Source: Antedon mediterranea (lineage: Eukaryota > Animalia > Echinodermata). Taken from it: 64,000 nucleotides of DNA. Shown here piece by piece: positions 36,101 to 51,100 of the stretch. Both the position numbers and the translations under genes were made by a program. The notes below the pieces were generated by a model. That model made no database searches and was not told where the DNA came from. It worked only from the letters and a program-made list of their open reading frames with translations. The stretch is from assembly GCF_964355755.1 (NCBI RefSeq), contig NC_092670.1:20322795-20386794 (forward strand), in the 5' to 3' direction. How positions within the stretch are numbered: position 1 is the stretch's first letter; the number at the start of each line of letters is the position of its first letter.

Positions 36101-39100
36101 TCTTTTCCTATCTCCATTTTCTTCACCGGTTTATTAATTTAAACTTTTCCATCTTTTCTTCTTCATCTTGTTTCCCTAACTCCATTTTCTTCACCAGTTT
36201 ATTAATTTAAACTTTTCCATCTTTTCTTTATCATCTTTTTTCCCTATCTCCATTTTCTTCACCAGTTTATTAATTTAAACGTTTCCATCTTTTCTTTATC
36301 ATCTTCTTTCCTATCTCTATTTTCTTCACCAATTTATTAATTTAAACTTTTCCATCTTTTCTTCGTCATCTTCTTTCCCTAACTCCATTTTCTTCACCAG
36401 TTTATTAATTTAAACTTTTCCATCTTTTCTTTATCATCTTTTTTCCCTATCTCCATTTTCTTCACCAGTTTATTAATTTAAACGTTTCCATCTTTTCTTT
36501 ATCATCTTCTTTCCTATCTCTATTTTCTTCACCAATTTATTAATTTAAACTTTTCCATCTTTTCTTCGTCATCTTCTTTCCCAACCAACATTTTCTTCTT
36601 ATTAATTTTAACTTTTCCATCTTTTCTTTATCATCTTCTTTCCTATCTCTATTTTCTTCACCAATTTATTAATTTAAACTTTTCCATCTTTTCTTTGTCA
36701 TCTTCTTTCCCTATCTCCATTTTCTTCACCGGTTTATTAATTTAAACTTTTCCATCTTTTCTTCGTCATCTTCTTTCCCAACCAACATTTTCTTCTTATT
36801 AATTTTAACTTTTCCATCTTTTCTTTATCATCTTCTTTCCTATCTCTATTTTCTTCACCAATTTATTAATTTAAACTTTTCCATCTTTTCTTTGTCATCT
36901 TCTTTCCCTATCTCCATTTTCTTCACCAGTTTATTTAATTAAACTTTTCCATCTTATCTTCATCATCTTCTTTCCCAACCAACATTTTCTTTGCTTTCTC
37001 TATCTTTTTTTTCTCACCAGTTTATTTATTTAGACTTTGGTAAATTATAAGACTGCTACTAAAGATACTAATAATATGCGAGTTATCAACAAATCGTTGA
37101 AAGATGTACACAATGATTGTAAAATAATCATTACTATCTAACAGCCATGCTTCAACGAACAATTTTATTATATGATCTAAATATAGCAGTTTAAAGTACA
37201 GTTCTATGTATCAACATTGCATGTAATAAAAGTATATATCAAAAATGTTACATTATATCAAGAATGCTCAGTAGAATGGTTTGGTTACACATTGTATTAT
37301 CTTTTACATTACTTTGCAAATATCATTGCAATTGCGTTTTATGTTTTGGTAGTTAAAATGCCGGTTGACCACTCGGTATATTACAGAGTCACATATTACT
37401 TCTTTGTTGATCATTATCATTTCTATGATAGTCAACATGTTTCTTTTTCGAAAGTTCTCAACTTTGTTATCAAGCTGATTGTATATTCTCAATTTTTATT
37501 ATGTTTTGTACTATATGATATATTCTGTACTTCTCAGAGATAGAGCATGCTTTATATGTATTTAATAACTCCATTGAATTGTAGTTTTGTTCAATATTAA
37601 AATGGGACTAAATTTGTCATACTGAATATTTCTAAGTTATAGTTTAATAGTTGTAATCACTTTTTATTTTCATTTTTAGAAAGTAAAATTACTCTAGACA
37701 CACTTTTTTTACTCAGTGTGCCATTTTTTTTCTCAAAATTGTAGCCTTAAATTATTAATATTATTAAATATCATCGTTGTTAAAGTACTGTATAATATCT
37801 GTGTTGTATGATTAAGATTCATCATATTTTAATTTCTAATTTGTTTGGTACAGGTCTCAGCGTTCCATTTAGTACAGGTAACCTGGCCAATGATCATTAA
37901 TTGACTTTGCATGTCCGTAAAACGTCTGGTCTGATTTGGCCAATCAATTTTTCACAGAATTTTGACATTACATAATATGAAATAAATATAATTGAATTTC
38001 GACTACTACTTTTAATACTGGCACAGAAGGCCAGGTGAAAATGATCTTATAGATGACCCTTGGGTAGTTCTTTAAAACCTGTTTATGTAGGTTCTCTAAT
38101 AAAACACTGAAAATATTTAAAAAATAGTCGTGATCGTACCATTTTACTAAAATTTATGTTATTTTGTTGGTAAGCTGTTTCTCTTGTCAGCTCCTTACTT
38201 AAATCAGTAGATTTACTTTATTTGCCAATGTTTATAAACTTAAAAAGTTTAATGCTCTCGGCTACATATAAAACATGAAAGGAAACATATATAATCACCA
38301 AAATGCATTAAACATCGTACTTAATGTAATCCTAAACTGTCTGTCATTGGTGTTTTTTTTTAGGTTGTTTCTACTAAAGTAGGAACATTTGTAGGCTACT
38401 GGAGGAGAATATTTATTTGCTGTTTATATATAAACCATTTTCTTCCATTTGAAAGATATGAACTTTAAGGGATAAATAAAGAAATACCAGATAAATTGTT
38501 AAAATGTTAGTAAACATCCAAAGGAGGTTATATTTTGATAATGTAATTTATATCTTTAGAATGCATCAACTACAGTACAGCATCTAGCTCTGTAGTCAAA
38601 ATTAACAGTTTTAATGGAGCCGCTAAAAGTTTATATCCTGTAGGTTATTCCCATAATATGACAATGACAACTTCTTTATTTTCTTTGTAAATAAAGTAGA
38701 TAAATAAACGACAAAATTAACATTTATAATTACAAAATTGATTTAAACAAAGAAAAGGGGAAAATTCTTGAAGCAGATGCTTATAAAAGAAAAAACCCCA
38801 TTTAAATATAAAATTCAATATAAAATGTAAATCAGCTCAAAGTTATAATTTTTTACTGTTATTTCATGTAATGACACTGTAGCGTAGTGGTTGCAATCTT
38901 TGCTTACCAATAACAAGATCCTAGTTCGAGCCTGACTCGATCAGCCACACTCAGTACCAGGAAACTACATACCAAGGCATTATGTTTCACAAAACATCAT
39001 AGTTTTTCTATTTATAGCGGTTCAATGTGGTTAAATAAAGAATAAATAAAGTAAAGAAGGTTTAATTGAATGTGATGCTGGCAAGAGCTGTCACATGTTT

Positions 39101-42100
39101 TCAATGCCACTTTTCTCAATAATGTCTAAAATACATATCTATGTTACAGTTGAAATTCTCTAGTGTATGGCTCACTGACCAATTCACACAGTTCTTCACG
39201 ATATAACTTTGATGACATTTAAAAAAAATGAAATTACTTTTTTACTCAGGTATCATATAACCGTACAGTATGAGGCGCCAACGATATATTTATTATTTAG
39301 CACAATATATAATTCGTTACTTAAAATAAAATTTGATTGATAATATATTATTAATATGTTTTGCTTTTAAAATATTATATTTATTTTATGAATTATTATA
39401 ATTTATTTATAAAGGATAACTTTAAATATTATTATGATTAAATTGATAAATAAAAAGTATTATATATATAAATAATGACTTCAAATAATAACTTATTATT
39501 TATATTAACAATTTATTGGAATAAGAAATTTACATTTGGCGCCTCATAGCATAGAAATTGTAGCATTTGCATCGCATTAATGTTCAAATCAAATTGATTT
39601 ATTTTTATAGCAATATGGTGTGATGTTCTTACGATAAACAACTGTGAAGATTATTATTATTATAATGATATTATTTATTATTAAGCTCTATCTACACTAT
39701 CAAACTAGTTTGACAAAAAAAGTGTGATGTTCCCAAATATGGTAGTGATATTCCCAAATATGTTAGTGATATGACATCATCATGTCCATATATGGGCACA
39801 TCACATTTTTTGTTACATAAAGTTTGATAGTGTAAAAAGAGCTTTAATAATGAAGAAACAAACACAGAACTAGATTGAACACTATAAAACAACATTTTAT
39901 TTTATATTTTGTTTCTAAAATTAGAAGTAACAATTTTGTTTTCAAATATTTTATTGTTCTACATAATTGCAGATAAATTCATATTTTTTCATTCTTCGTT
40001 TCGTATCTGTTGTATGTTGTTTGTCACTTTGTAATAATAGTATAAATCATTCACTATTCTTATTAGTGCACTTTTTCTCCACTTAGCTTTCAATTTTGAT
40101 ATTTATATAGAGTATTGTATGGTGGTATATTTAGTTTTACAGTAGGCCGGAAACCATAAATTACAGGTTGCATTTAATAGCTATTCCTATTTAGTTGCAC
40201 AACAGTAATTTCCAGTTTTTCAGTAGTTTTATTTGTTTATTATATGTATGTCTTTTATACAAAAGAAAATTTGTTTTTAAATTTTCTGTATATTTTTCAA
40301 ATTATGTATGCTTTTCTTTTTCTGTATATATTTTATAACTTGTCTTTACTTTTTAAACCTTGTAACTGGACCATTTTGAAAAGCAGTACTACGTTTACTG
40401 AAAATGCAATCCAGTCAAAAGGAAGAATAAATAAATAAATATTAACAATATTTAAGATTGGCACCTTTAGTTATAAAAAACATGGTACATACAGTACGGT
40501 ATATAAAAAAATAATACAACTTTTATACTAATTACCTTAAAGTTCCCTTTGATAACAATTAAACTAATAAGACTTTTTGTTCCTAGTTCCGTATTTCACA
40601 TGTGCTAGTGGTCGTATACAAATAATGTTATCCATTCAATAATAGTACATTATTAGTTTTTGTACGTTTCTTCAATTAAAATTATCATCAAAGTTGATAT
40701 GATTAGTTAAATGTCAATGAATCCTTTTAGTTCATGACTTAACATTTGTGTATGTACCGTACTACTAATGTTTACATTGATGTACTAATTTTGAGAGCAT
40801 ACAACTATTATGAATCTGTGTCAGTTTTTATCAAGGGGCTCTAACATTGTTCCAATTAAATCAACTTAATCTAATGCTATGTAGCACTGTACTTAAAATA
40901 ACTGTCAAGTACCAACTGTCTTTTTAAAACCTGTCAATCAATTCCTTATGTAAATGTTACCATTAACATCAATATAGAGCACATTACTTACACGTAATAA
41001 ACTACAAAGAAAACTAGAGCACAAAGTTGAAAAAAAGAATTACACTTTGCATTCTGATTGGAGAAAGAATTTAAATAAGAGGTTATAGAACTTTCTTGTC
41101 TGGTTTGCTAACAGATGCGATCGCTTTAACTTAAATCGTAATTATTTGTAATATTCCTCAGATCGGAACTGAATTGAAATAAGTCAAAGGCAGTTCTCAG
41201 TCGCATATTTAATAAAATCAATTTCCCAATGAAATGTCAAAGACCTGAATTACGGTATTGTATCCGATTGGGAATAGGACTGGTTTGCATAAACTGAAAT
41301 ATCAAAATATACAAGTCTATTTCAGGCCTAGCTTAAGAAAGATTTAAGAAGTAGGAAGGCTGTAGGTTTTGCTGGACCTACAGTAATATTGTTTACTGAA
41401 TCTAGCTGGCAAATAACAAATTACAAGAACTGCACAACATGATTTTTTACCTCCGCCAAGGAGGTGTATGTAGTCGATCGCATGTGTATGTTTGTCTGTT
41501 TGTATGTTTGTATGTTTACAGGATTACTCAAAAAGTAATTACAAGATTTTTTTATACAAGGGTCAAGAGTCATAATTTGTGATTTGTAATTTTAAAACAT
41601 AATTTAATTTAATATACAGTTGTTTTGATACGAGTAGTTTTAAAAAAACCTATTTCTTTTCAAATTCACCCGTTTGTGAAACTTTTGTTAGTTGAAAGGC
41701 TGGTTTACATAACATTGCACCACATTTGCATACCATGCTTGTAGTGAAATTAGCCTAAATCACACACAGCATTAATATAAATATATATATATATATATTT
41801 TCTCGGAGAAATCTTATGTGGGAGAATTTTACAGTAGGCGGAGGTATGCACTCTCGAAGTGGCTTTGTACAGTAGTTGTTTTAATGTATACTCTTATAAG
41901 ATTTGAACCACTGACCTTACAGTGAGAAGCCCGAACCACATTCAAACAACCACTTATGTGCACTAACGATAATATAGAATGTATCCATTTACATGCATAG
42001 TATATTATTTCTGTGATTCATTTTATTGCATTAGCCAATTATAATATGAATTGTGATTACTTTCGTCTATTTGAGGAGATTAGGCAAAAAATCTCAAGGG

Positions 42101-45100
42101 ATACAACATATAGCACTTTGTTTACATACTGATCTCAAACGACTTTAATACTCATTTACATTAAATAAACAAAGAATATAATGGACAAATATATTTTACT
42201 AATTTAAGAATTTAAATTCATTTAGTACATTTAGAATTTAATTAGTAAAAAGATCATTAGCATTTTTGATCAAAGAACAATCAACGTTTCACTCTGTAAT
42301 ATACAATAATCAAGTCTGTGGTATGAGCAGTAATAAAGAAATTTAATTAATAATCAAATGTTGTAGTTAGCGCAGGATTAATGTAAGTGAATTAATGAAC
42401 TTCGAAAATAAGAAGACTTTAAACATTTAAGACCATCAAATATAAATGATTTGTACATTTAAGATTTATAAGATGAATTTAAAGATATTATATAGTAAAG
42501 TGATATGTACCATACTAAAGATCTAATGTAAAGGATATCTCTATCTTAAACCAATTTCTAGTCTAGGTTCTAGACAGCGATTTGGATTTATATTCTTAAA
42601 AGAAATATATTTTTTGGATACATAGCATGCTACAGTATATACTATACTTGAAGAGGTAGAGTATAGTCTAAAAAAAGAAATAATAAATAGAGACGTGTGG
42701 TAAAGTCTTATAATTGTGCGTTTTTTCAGTCTCTGTTGGTGGGGGATTTTCTACTAACTTCATTATTTTATATTGTTATTTTCATCGAAATTGCTGGACA
42801 AGCTTTAATGCTTTCTGTTAAAATTGAATACAAATGTTTGACCTATGTAGCACAAAGCAGCCACCTTGAAGTATAATATTAACATTTGAAATGCAGCAAA
42901 TATGAATAATTTCCACGCATTCATCATTTTACCACTGTATGAATCTATCAGTTGGTTGTTAGAAATGTTAATAACTATAATATATTTTTTATTGCGATAT
43001 GACTAGTCACCACTGTCACGTTACAGTTAGATATATAGCTTGGATGCACTGTGCACTCTGGCATGGATGTACACGGACCAACAGACACTTGCGTGACTCC
43101 AAATTGTAGAGTTATGTTAATATATTGGTAACATCTAGAGTAAAGGTGCATTCACACTTGTGAAGACAGTGCCGTTGTTAAATAATTGTTAAACATATAC
43201 GGAATTGAACGATGCTGTCTTCTGTTTCTGTGTGAATATAGCTTAAGGATGTACAGTAGATATTGAGCATACATGTATTTGAGATTTCATATAAATTAAA
43301 GAGAATAAGGTTAAGAACTAAAATTAGAAAACCTTTTTTTAAAAACTGCGATAGCAAGTTACATAGCAAATTACAATAAATAAATCTTTATTGTCTCCAA
43401 ATCTGTGTTGTGTGTAAATATAGTATTAAATTTACTGCCTTTTGAACAACTAACAATGAAAAGGAAAATACTAGATTGTTAACTTAGCAATTTTGGTTTA
43501 TAAAAACAATAATATCTTGGATTTATAAAGAACATAATGTTGTGAGACACCAAGCACTGTACTGAAAAAATTATTTACAAAAAAAGAAAAGAACCAAAAA
43601 GAAAAACCAACTAGTGTTCCTTGTTACTAACCAGGTTCAGTCTAATTGATCCCTGGTAAGGACCAGTTTATAAATTTGTGTTTTTAATTCATGTGACACT
43701 CATAGCATTCAGGAACGACCATACTGTGTTGAGAATATTATCCAATTGGCTTCCATGAAATCCCCAATAGTCTAATAGTATATAAAGAAGAAATAACAAA
43801 ATAAAATTAGTAATAGTTGATTTTATGCTGGACGCACTGTTGCTCAGACATGCACACAGAGACAGACTTATGTGAATAACATTAAAAAATCTAAAGCCAG
43901 TAACATTGAACATGCATGAATTTTTATAATAAATATAGTAAGAGAAAAGAGGAAACTTCAGCATTATGTGTGTTAACTATCGCTTCAAAGTGCACTATAT
44001 GGTAATAGCATATTTGCCTAACCCCAAATTGTACAGTTATAAATATAGCTACATAGAAAATAATTGCCCAATGCGAGCAGAAATATTACATTTAAATAAT
44101 AATGTATTATTTCTATACAACAATAATTATTTATGAACAAACATTGCCAGAAATATAACATTGCCAAAAAATATAATATATTCTGTGCATAAATATTGCA
44201 TTCACTTTGTATCAAATTAATTATTTCTGTCCTACAAAAGAAGTGTGATGTGCCCAAATATGGTAGTGATATGGCCAAATATGGTAGTGATATGACATCA
44301 TTATGTCCATATATGGGCACATCACATTTTTTTGTCACATAAAGTTTGATAGTGTAGACTGAGCTTAAATAATTTTGCACTTTAATACAAGTAAATAAAT
44401 ATGATTGTTCATGTAATTTAATCTATGCAAAATACATCATTAAATTGACTTACTGCCTGTATCTTGTATACCTCTATTGTAAACTCATTTCATGTCCTTC
44501 TAACTAATTATTGTTGTACTTATTTTACAAGTAAACAAATATTGCCAGAAAATGTAATTTAATCTATGCATAAATACAGCTTTCAATTCACTTACTGTAT
44601 CTGTTATATACCTCCCCTATTGCAAACTCATTTTTCGTATCCTTCATGATTTTCTAATCATTCTATACGACATTAGTTGATTTTTCCCTTGTGGTTTACC
44701 ATCTTATTATTGCTATAATTACCTTCGAGTAACTTCTTCGAGCTAGCGAGAATCATCGACTATAAATGTAGAAATTGGTAAAATAAAAATACAATAAATA
44801 TAGTATTTTATTTGCTAGAATTATTGATTGTTTAAAATTGGTGATAAATTTGAACTAGAAATGTATATAAAAGTATTTTACTGTTATAGTAAAAAGGTTG
44901 ATTATATACATTAATAATAAAATAAATTTTCTTATTTTTTTGCTAAGCAAGTTGGATCAATCTAGTCAGTACCAAAAGGGAGAATATTGTATTTGGGAGA
45001 TTTTGGCAATTTCAAATAATTTCAAGTATTGGTCTGGTAGTCATAAAACATGAATATAGATGTTGTTTGTAGAAGAGTAGATATGTAATATATATATCAT

Positions 45101-48100
45101 TTAATTACAGTATTTTTTTTTCTTAAATAGTTTGATGTCAACGGAGATGGTAAAATAAGCATGGAAGCATTTCAAGTTATTCTTTACAAGTATGGATTGA
45201 AAGAAGCCATAGAACCACACAAGCTGTCGGTATTGGAGTCCACTATAGAAGAGAATATTGGAGGATATATTGGCTATCATGAATTTTTAAATATTGTAAG
45301 TATTTTTTGTTATCATGTTAATATTTCTAATCAAATTTGTGCAGTATTTATAGTACTGTAATGTTGTGCAGTATGGTACTGTTCCTAAAGGTCTGTCTCC
45401 ACTATCAAACTAGATTAACAAAAAAAAGGTCTGTCTCCACTATCAAACTAGATTGACAAAAAAAAGTGTGATGTTACTTTTTGTAGTGGTGTAGACAGAG
45501 CTTTAGGAAAGGTACAGTACTTTTCTCTCATATCCTCGTCCTTTGAATGGGATCTAAAGCTGTATGTCTAGCGTACATATATTGCTGATGTGCACAATAA
45601 CAACTTAATAACTAAAAATGAGTAGGGGATCGTCTCCTAGTGTGATGATATGGTCATCTGGCAGGAAAAGTCTTTATATTTCATTTCAGTCATTTATATT
45701 TTCAATTTTAAAGAGGGTCCCTGGATTTCAGCTGGCCTGTGGGTTTAGCTGGAAGAGTTACCCGCTCTACAGTTGAAATTTTAAAAAAAATAAAATTTAA
45801 AAAAAGTATAGATACTAAAAAAATATAAATAAATAAAACAAAACTTGTAAATATAAAAAAAAATAAAAGTTGGAATTAAAAAAAATAAAAAAAAGTATAA
45901 ATACTAAAAAAATGATTGTTGAATACAGGTGTGGAACATATTAATAATTCTGCATCCATCTGTAATTTAGATTAATTTTAAAAAACCATCTTTTCTGCGA
46001 GTCATACACAATCTGATATGCTATGGAATTTTACCAGATTTTAAATACTATAGTTAATTAACATCAACTACAGAACTAATTTGAAAGGTTTAAAAGGTGT
46101 TTTGATAAGAATCTACTAAAACTACATCTTAGCTTTGAGTATTAATCTGGAATGATAGAGAAGTTTACCAGATTGACAAGAGTGTTATCAACATTGACAG
46201 AAACAATTAGTATGTATCTATAAACTGACATTCTCAATTCAAAGTGTTTTTTTAGGATTATTTTTAGCGTGTAGACTTTCTGTGGTTTTCGCTTGCTTAT
46301 AAACTTGCTTCCATTAGACTTTGTGTTGTGTACAGTACCGTACTGTTGCTTTTAAAACTATAGTACTAGAAAAATTCAGTGCATAGTATGAACATGGAGG
46401 TATGGTATGAAATAGATACTAGATACTAATACTAGTAATGTTTTAATTAGAATTATCAACATTATTTTGTCCAAGAGTCCAATTGTATCATGGATAGATA
46501 TAAAATTGGAATGTGGTACTTTTTTTGATATCTTTCAGAATTGATAGCATTTTAATATGCTATTGATTTTCTTGTCTTACTTTACCTTAATATATATGGA
46601 TATTTGATTTAATAATAAAATACAATTTATGAATATTATATATGTTAAAAAAAGTTATATTAAACAATTTTTTGGCAAATCTGTTCTTTTTTCTAAACAA
46701 ATGTGGAAGCCATAAGGTCATCACTTTTATTATAGGAGGCAAAATTGTAATATTTCCAGATTAAACGTAGAAACCACACCCTTTAGTGCACAAATAAAAA
46801 AAAATTGCATTATAGTATTCAGATAGTATGTTGCAAAGTGTATCATCAAAAAGCTTTGTTTACCTTAAATAATATAATTATATAATAACAATTTAACTTG
46901 AAAGAAAAAAACAATTGTTATTGATTAGGGTGTCTAGAAAAAACCCTATTTTAAGAGCTTTTTATTGATTACTCCACCGTTACCTTTATAATACAATTGC
47001 ACTAGTTTTAAAAGTGGATTAGTAGTTTACTGCCACAAAACTGTTGAGTATGTTAGACTACTCTTATATGCTATACACACGTTATCTATTAAATTCCACT
47101 TCTACTAAAAGACTTGAAACATATAAAAACTATGAAATGTCTTTTTTTAATTAGTTATTTTTTTAAGTGTTATTGTTGAATGATGCAGTTAAATGTTATG
47201 AGAATTATGATTCAGAAAGGTTAAATGTAAAGGTAGTTGACTGTACAAATATTTACAGTCAGTAAATTCATTTTTCATATTTAAATACACCTGTGTATGA
47301 GCAGACTACATGAGATGCATGCATGGTGCCGAAGAAATGGTTAATTTCAAAATTGTTTCCACCTTATATAATAATACAATAATATAATAATTTAGTTTTT
47401 AAGATAAACTGAGGAAGCCTGTATAAAAAAAGAGGAAGACCAAATACAAAAGCCTCTAGCTTTGGCAAAAGACAAAAAAAATAGCCAAGACCAATCAAAA
47501 TAACTATGTGAAAGTCTGCCCATATGCCTTAAGAAAAACACTGTAATGTAACACTACATTTAATAGTAGTTAATTTAGTTACATATTTCATGTGAACCCC
47601 ATTTTCAAAATTGTAGTTTTAAAATAAATTATTATAGTCAATGGAAATATAGTAATAAATTTTATTTAGAATAAAATAAATTATATCACTTTAGGCACCA
47701 AAATCTTAAAAGACAGAATTTATGCGTTGGTACTTGAAGTAGTTGTAAATATAAATCATTGTGTGAGATTTTAAGCCTTGCGTGTTAGAACTTGAGAAGA
47801 GTTTTAAGAGTGGCAGACTTGCACAAATCCGTAATACTTGGTATATATGCTATAAATAATCTTAAGGTTTATAATTTTATATGCCAAATTGTTATCAACA
47901 CTCTCACTGAAGTTGTTCTATTGCATATAACGAGTGTTAAATATCTGTGCCATTTAGTGTGTTTCTGCTGACAAGAATTTTCTGAACCATACTGATACGT
48001 TATGAGTAACACGCTTGGAGAAGCTGTCGGGAGTGTGGAACTTGTTAGCATGAATTGAATCTATAACATTAAAAACAATAAACATCTTGAAATTATTAAT

Positions 48101-51100
48101 TATTTTTTTCAGATGAGCGAGAAAAGGTCATTAAGTTTTTCATTAGCGGTACGCACACGACTCAACGAATGCGCAGCCGGTCATCTGTATCAATTCACGA
48201 CTGAAAGTCAAATGACACGATGGCAGTATTGTCTTAAGTTAATAGGGAACGAATTCTTAACCAATGATAACGACCGTGCTAACTTCACGAGTGGTTTCCG
48301 TTGGTGTATGCCACCAGTTTTAATTATATGTATGTGTTTAGTAGAGGTGAGTTGTATGATTCAAAATCTGTTTTACTGATGAGTTTTTCTGAAGCCATCC
48401 TTGTATGTAAAATATTCTATTCATTATTAATCCTTCACAGGAGTTGAGTTAATCAACAACATTAATGTACCATGTTTAGTTTAAGGTTTTTTAGAGCTGT
48501 ATGGTAAGGGATATGAGCGTATCATTTGACAGGCAGGTGTTTGAGACTTGTCTGTGCCATCTTGCTTGTATCCTAGATAAGATATTTTAATCTAATTGCC
48601 TCATTCTTTGCATGGGATGTAAAGATGTTGGTCTCAATTGCACAATAAAGAACTTAGTACACTTTTCGGAAAAGAGTACTGTAGGGGGATCATCATGATC
48701 TTACGATAAAATAAATAAAAAACGATGCTCTTTTACTAAAGAGGTTTTTGTTTTTTGTTTGTTTTATATATATATTTAGGATATAAGCGAGTTCATGGAC
48801 TACAAGACAAACATATACACAAGATGCTCTTCATAAACTTATTACAAGTCTTTGGGAGTGGAGTTGTAAATTTGTCATTAGAAAAAATTCTGACATATGA
48901 CAGAATTTGAACCCAGGACCTTGGATTGGTGGCCAAGCATCATAACCATCAAGTCACCCCCCAGTATATTGAAAAAACTGAAATGATACACAATTACTAA
49001 TTTTTAAATGGTTGTCATCTTCATCTGTTCCACCTATTTTATACTATATCTATGTATCCATTGACCTTCGGCATAATGACCATCACTCACAAATCGGTCA
49101 CACTTTTAATCATAGATAGATATATTAGTTCCTCCTAATATACTTTAATTAACTTTATAAATGAAGCGTGGATTTCTTCACCTCAGAAGAATAAACAATT
49201 ATGTTAATTGTTTTCATTCCTACAACCATCTTTAATTGAGGTGTTGTCACCGATAATTAACTGTATATTTATATTCAGCATTAGGTCATCATCCTCACTT
49301 CTTAATCGTAAACAATTATCTCAATTGTTTATGCGTCTGAAACGTAAAATCATCTAATATATCTCTCAAAACGATTTCTACTGACTCGCAGACAATGTGG
49401 CTTGCGTAGATCGGTTTTAAGAAACAAAAAATGCAATTATCTTATTGTCTAGCTTTTAAGCTGTGATTTCGTTTAACCTTGACTTTGTCGTGTAAATATT
49501 GCATTGTGAAATTGCTTCTCTTCAATGATAAACTCTGATTGTTGTCAAGGGGCAGTATACTGTACCATTATTCATTTTTTGTTTATGGAGATCGTTTCCT
49601 TTATGTGTGTTTTTAAATTATGTAGAATGTCATAAGGCAGGATTTTCATAATATTTTATATTCATTTAAAGAATCGCAAAGGCTCAATGAAACTAATGAA
49701 AGAAATCTATGTTATAAACATCAGTTATTAATACCTGATGCTACAGCTTGTACAGTTGTCAAATATAAGCATTTCTCTTCCTATGTTTTTGTATTTTCTA
49801 TTGAACCTTTATTACTGTCAAAATGTGTTCTTAAAGTTTAGTGAAAATATTATCTAAGTTTGTTATTGCTATTTTCATGCTTGTACCATAATAATATTAT
49901 AATAATAAATGCTTTATTTCAACACGGAGAACTTGATCACCAAAAGGTGTTTTTCGTCAAGGCCGTGCAAGGCCATAAATTGTTCTTAAAATTACGGTAC
50001 CAACAAAGGTATATACAGTGTGGTATAAAAACCATAGAGAAAATTTTCCCATTTTGTGTGCCATGTTGGACACTGCTATCTCCAGTTTCCAATAAAGAAT
50101 AATGATAATAATACTATGTGGTAGAATTAAAGAGCCATAGCCACCAGTACTACTATCACAGAGGCCTTTGACAAGCCTGTCACCCACACAAAGATCACTG
50201 CACCACTTTATTTCTCATGGCTTCAGCACTGAAAAATGTCAAATAATGAGAATACTACATACTAAATAACAGTAAGACAATGCTTGCGATCTTAATGTAG
50301 TAAGGTAAATTTCACATTTTATTTATGGTTGTAATGTTTGTTTTCTCTTAGATTGGTTTTTATGTATATTGTTGTGTATTAGTGAAAGAGGATGTGAACC
50401 TGATGACCGGTCCAGTGCCGGCTGACAGTTTCTTGGTCTTTGACCCTTTAAAGAAAATTCAACTCTGGAGGTTTTGCACCTATTTTGTCTTCCATGCTGG
50501 GTAGTATATATTTTAATATTTTGAACTAGTTATTTTTAGATTTTTAAATAGCTATTTTTAGATTTTTAAATATCTATTTTTTAATTTCTAAATAGCTATT
50601 TTTAGATTTTTAAATAAGTATATTTAGAATTAGATGTTTCACCCTGACGTAATTTGTACATAACACTAGTTGCGAACAAATTTAGTTATTTCATTGAACA
50701 TAACTTTTCATTTGACCCTCCTTTTATATGCATAAGAAAAGAAGAAGCCTAAAATCATTTTTATTGAATTTTTTACCCGGTCAATTATTGTATTTTAAAA
50801 TTATTACTTGAAAAAGTACTTCTACATTAATTGTTCTGCTTCACCGATTTTAAGTTACATCATTATCTCATCACAATTTATTTTTTAGAGCAAACAAAGG
50901 AAATTTTAAAATGGAGTTCCCCTTTAAGATCTGACGGTCTGTCTTCAAATATGCAATTGTCAATATGCCGTAACGGTTTTGTGATTACCATATCTTTTTC
51001 TCCAGCACACCTTTGACACTATGCATTATGAATAGATCATGCTCTAGGCCAATAAGACACAGCTATGAAGTTAGTTAACACCACTTAAAAATGCATTATA

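Noticed and set aside
37150-37600. ORF 37217-37543, possibly a decayed LINE C-terminus (similar case at 43689-43964, minus strand)
   Set aside because: The resemblance is too vague to annotate without a profile search, and it does not look like a host gene.
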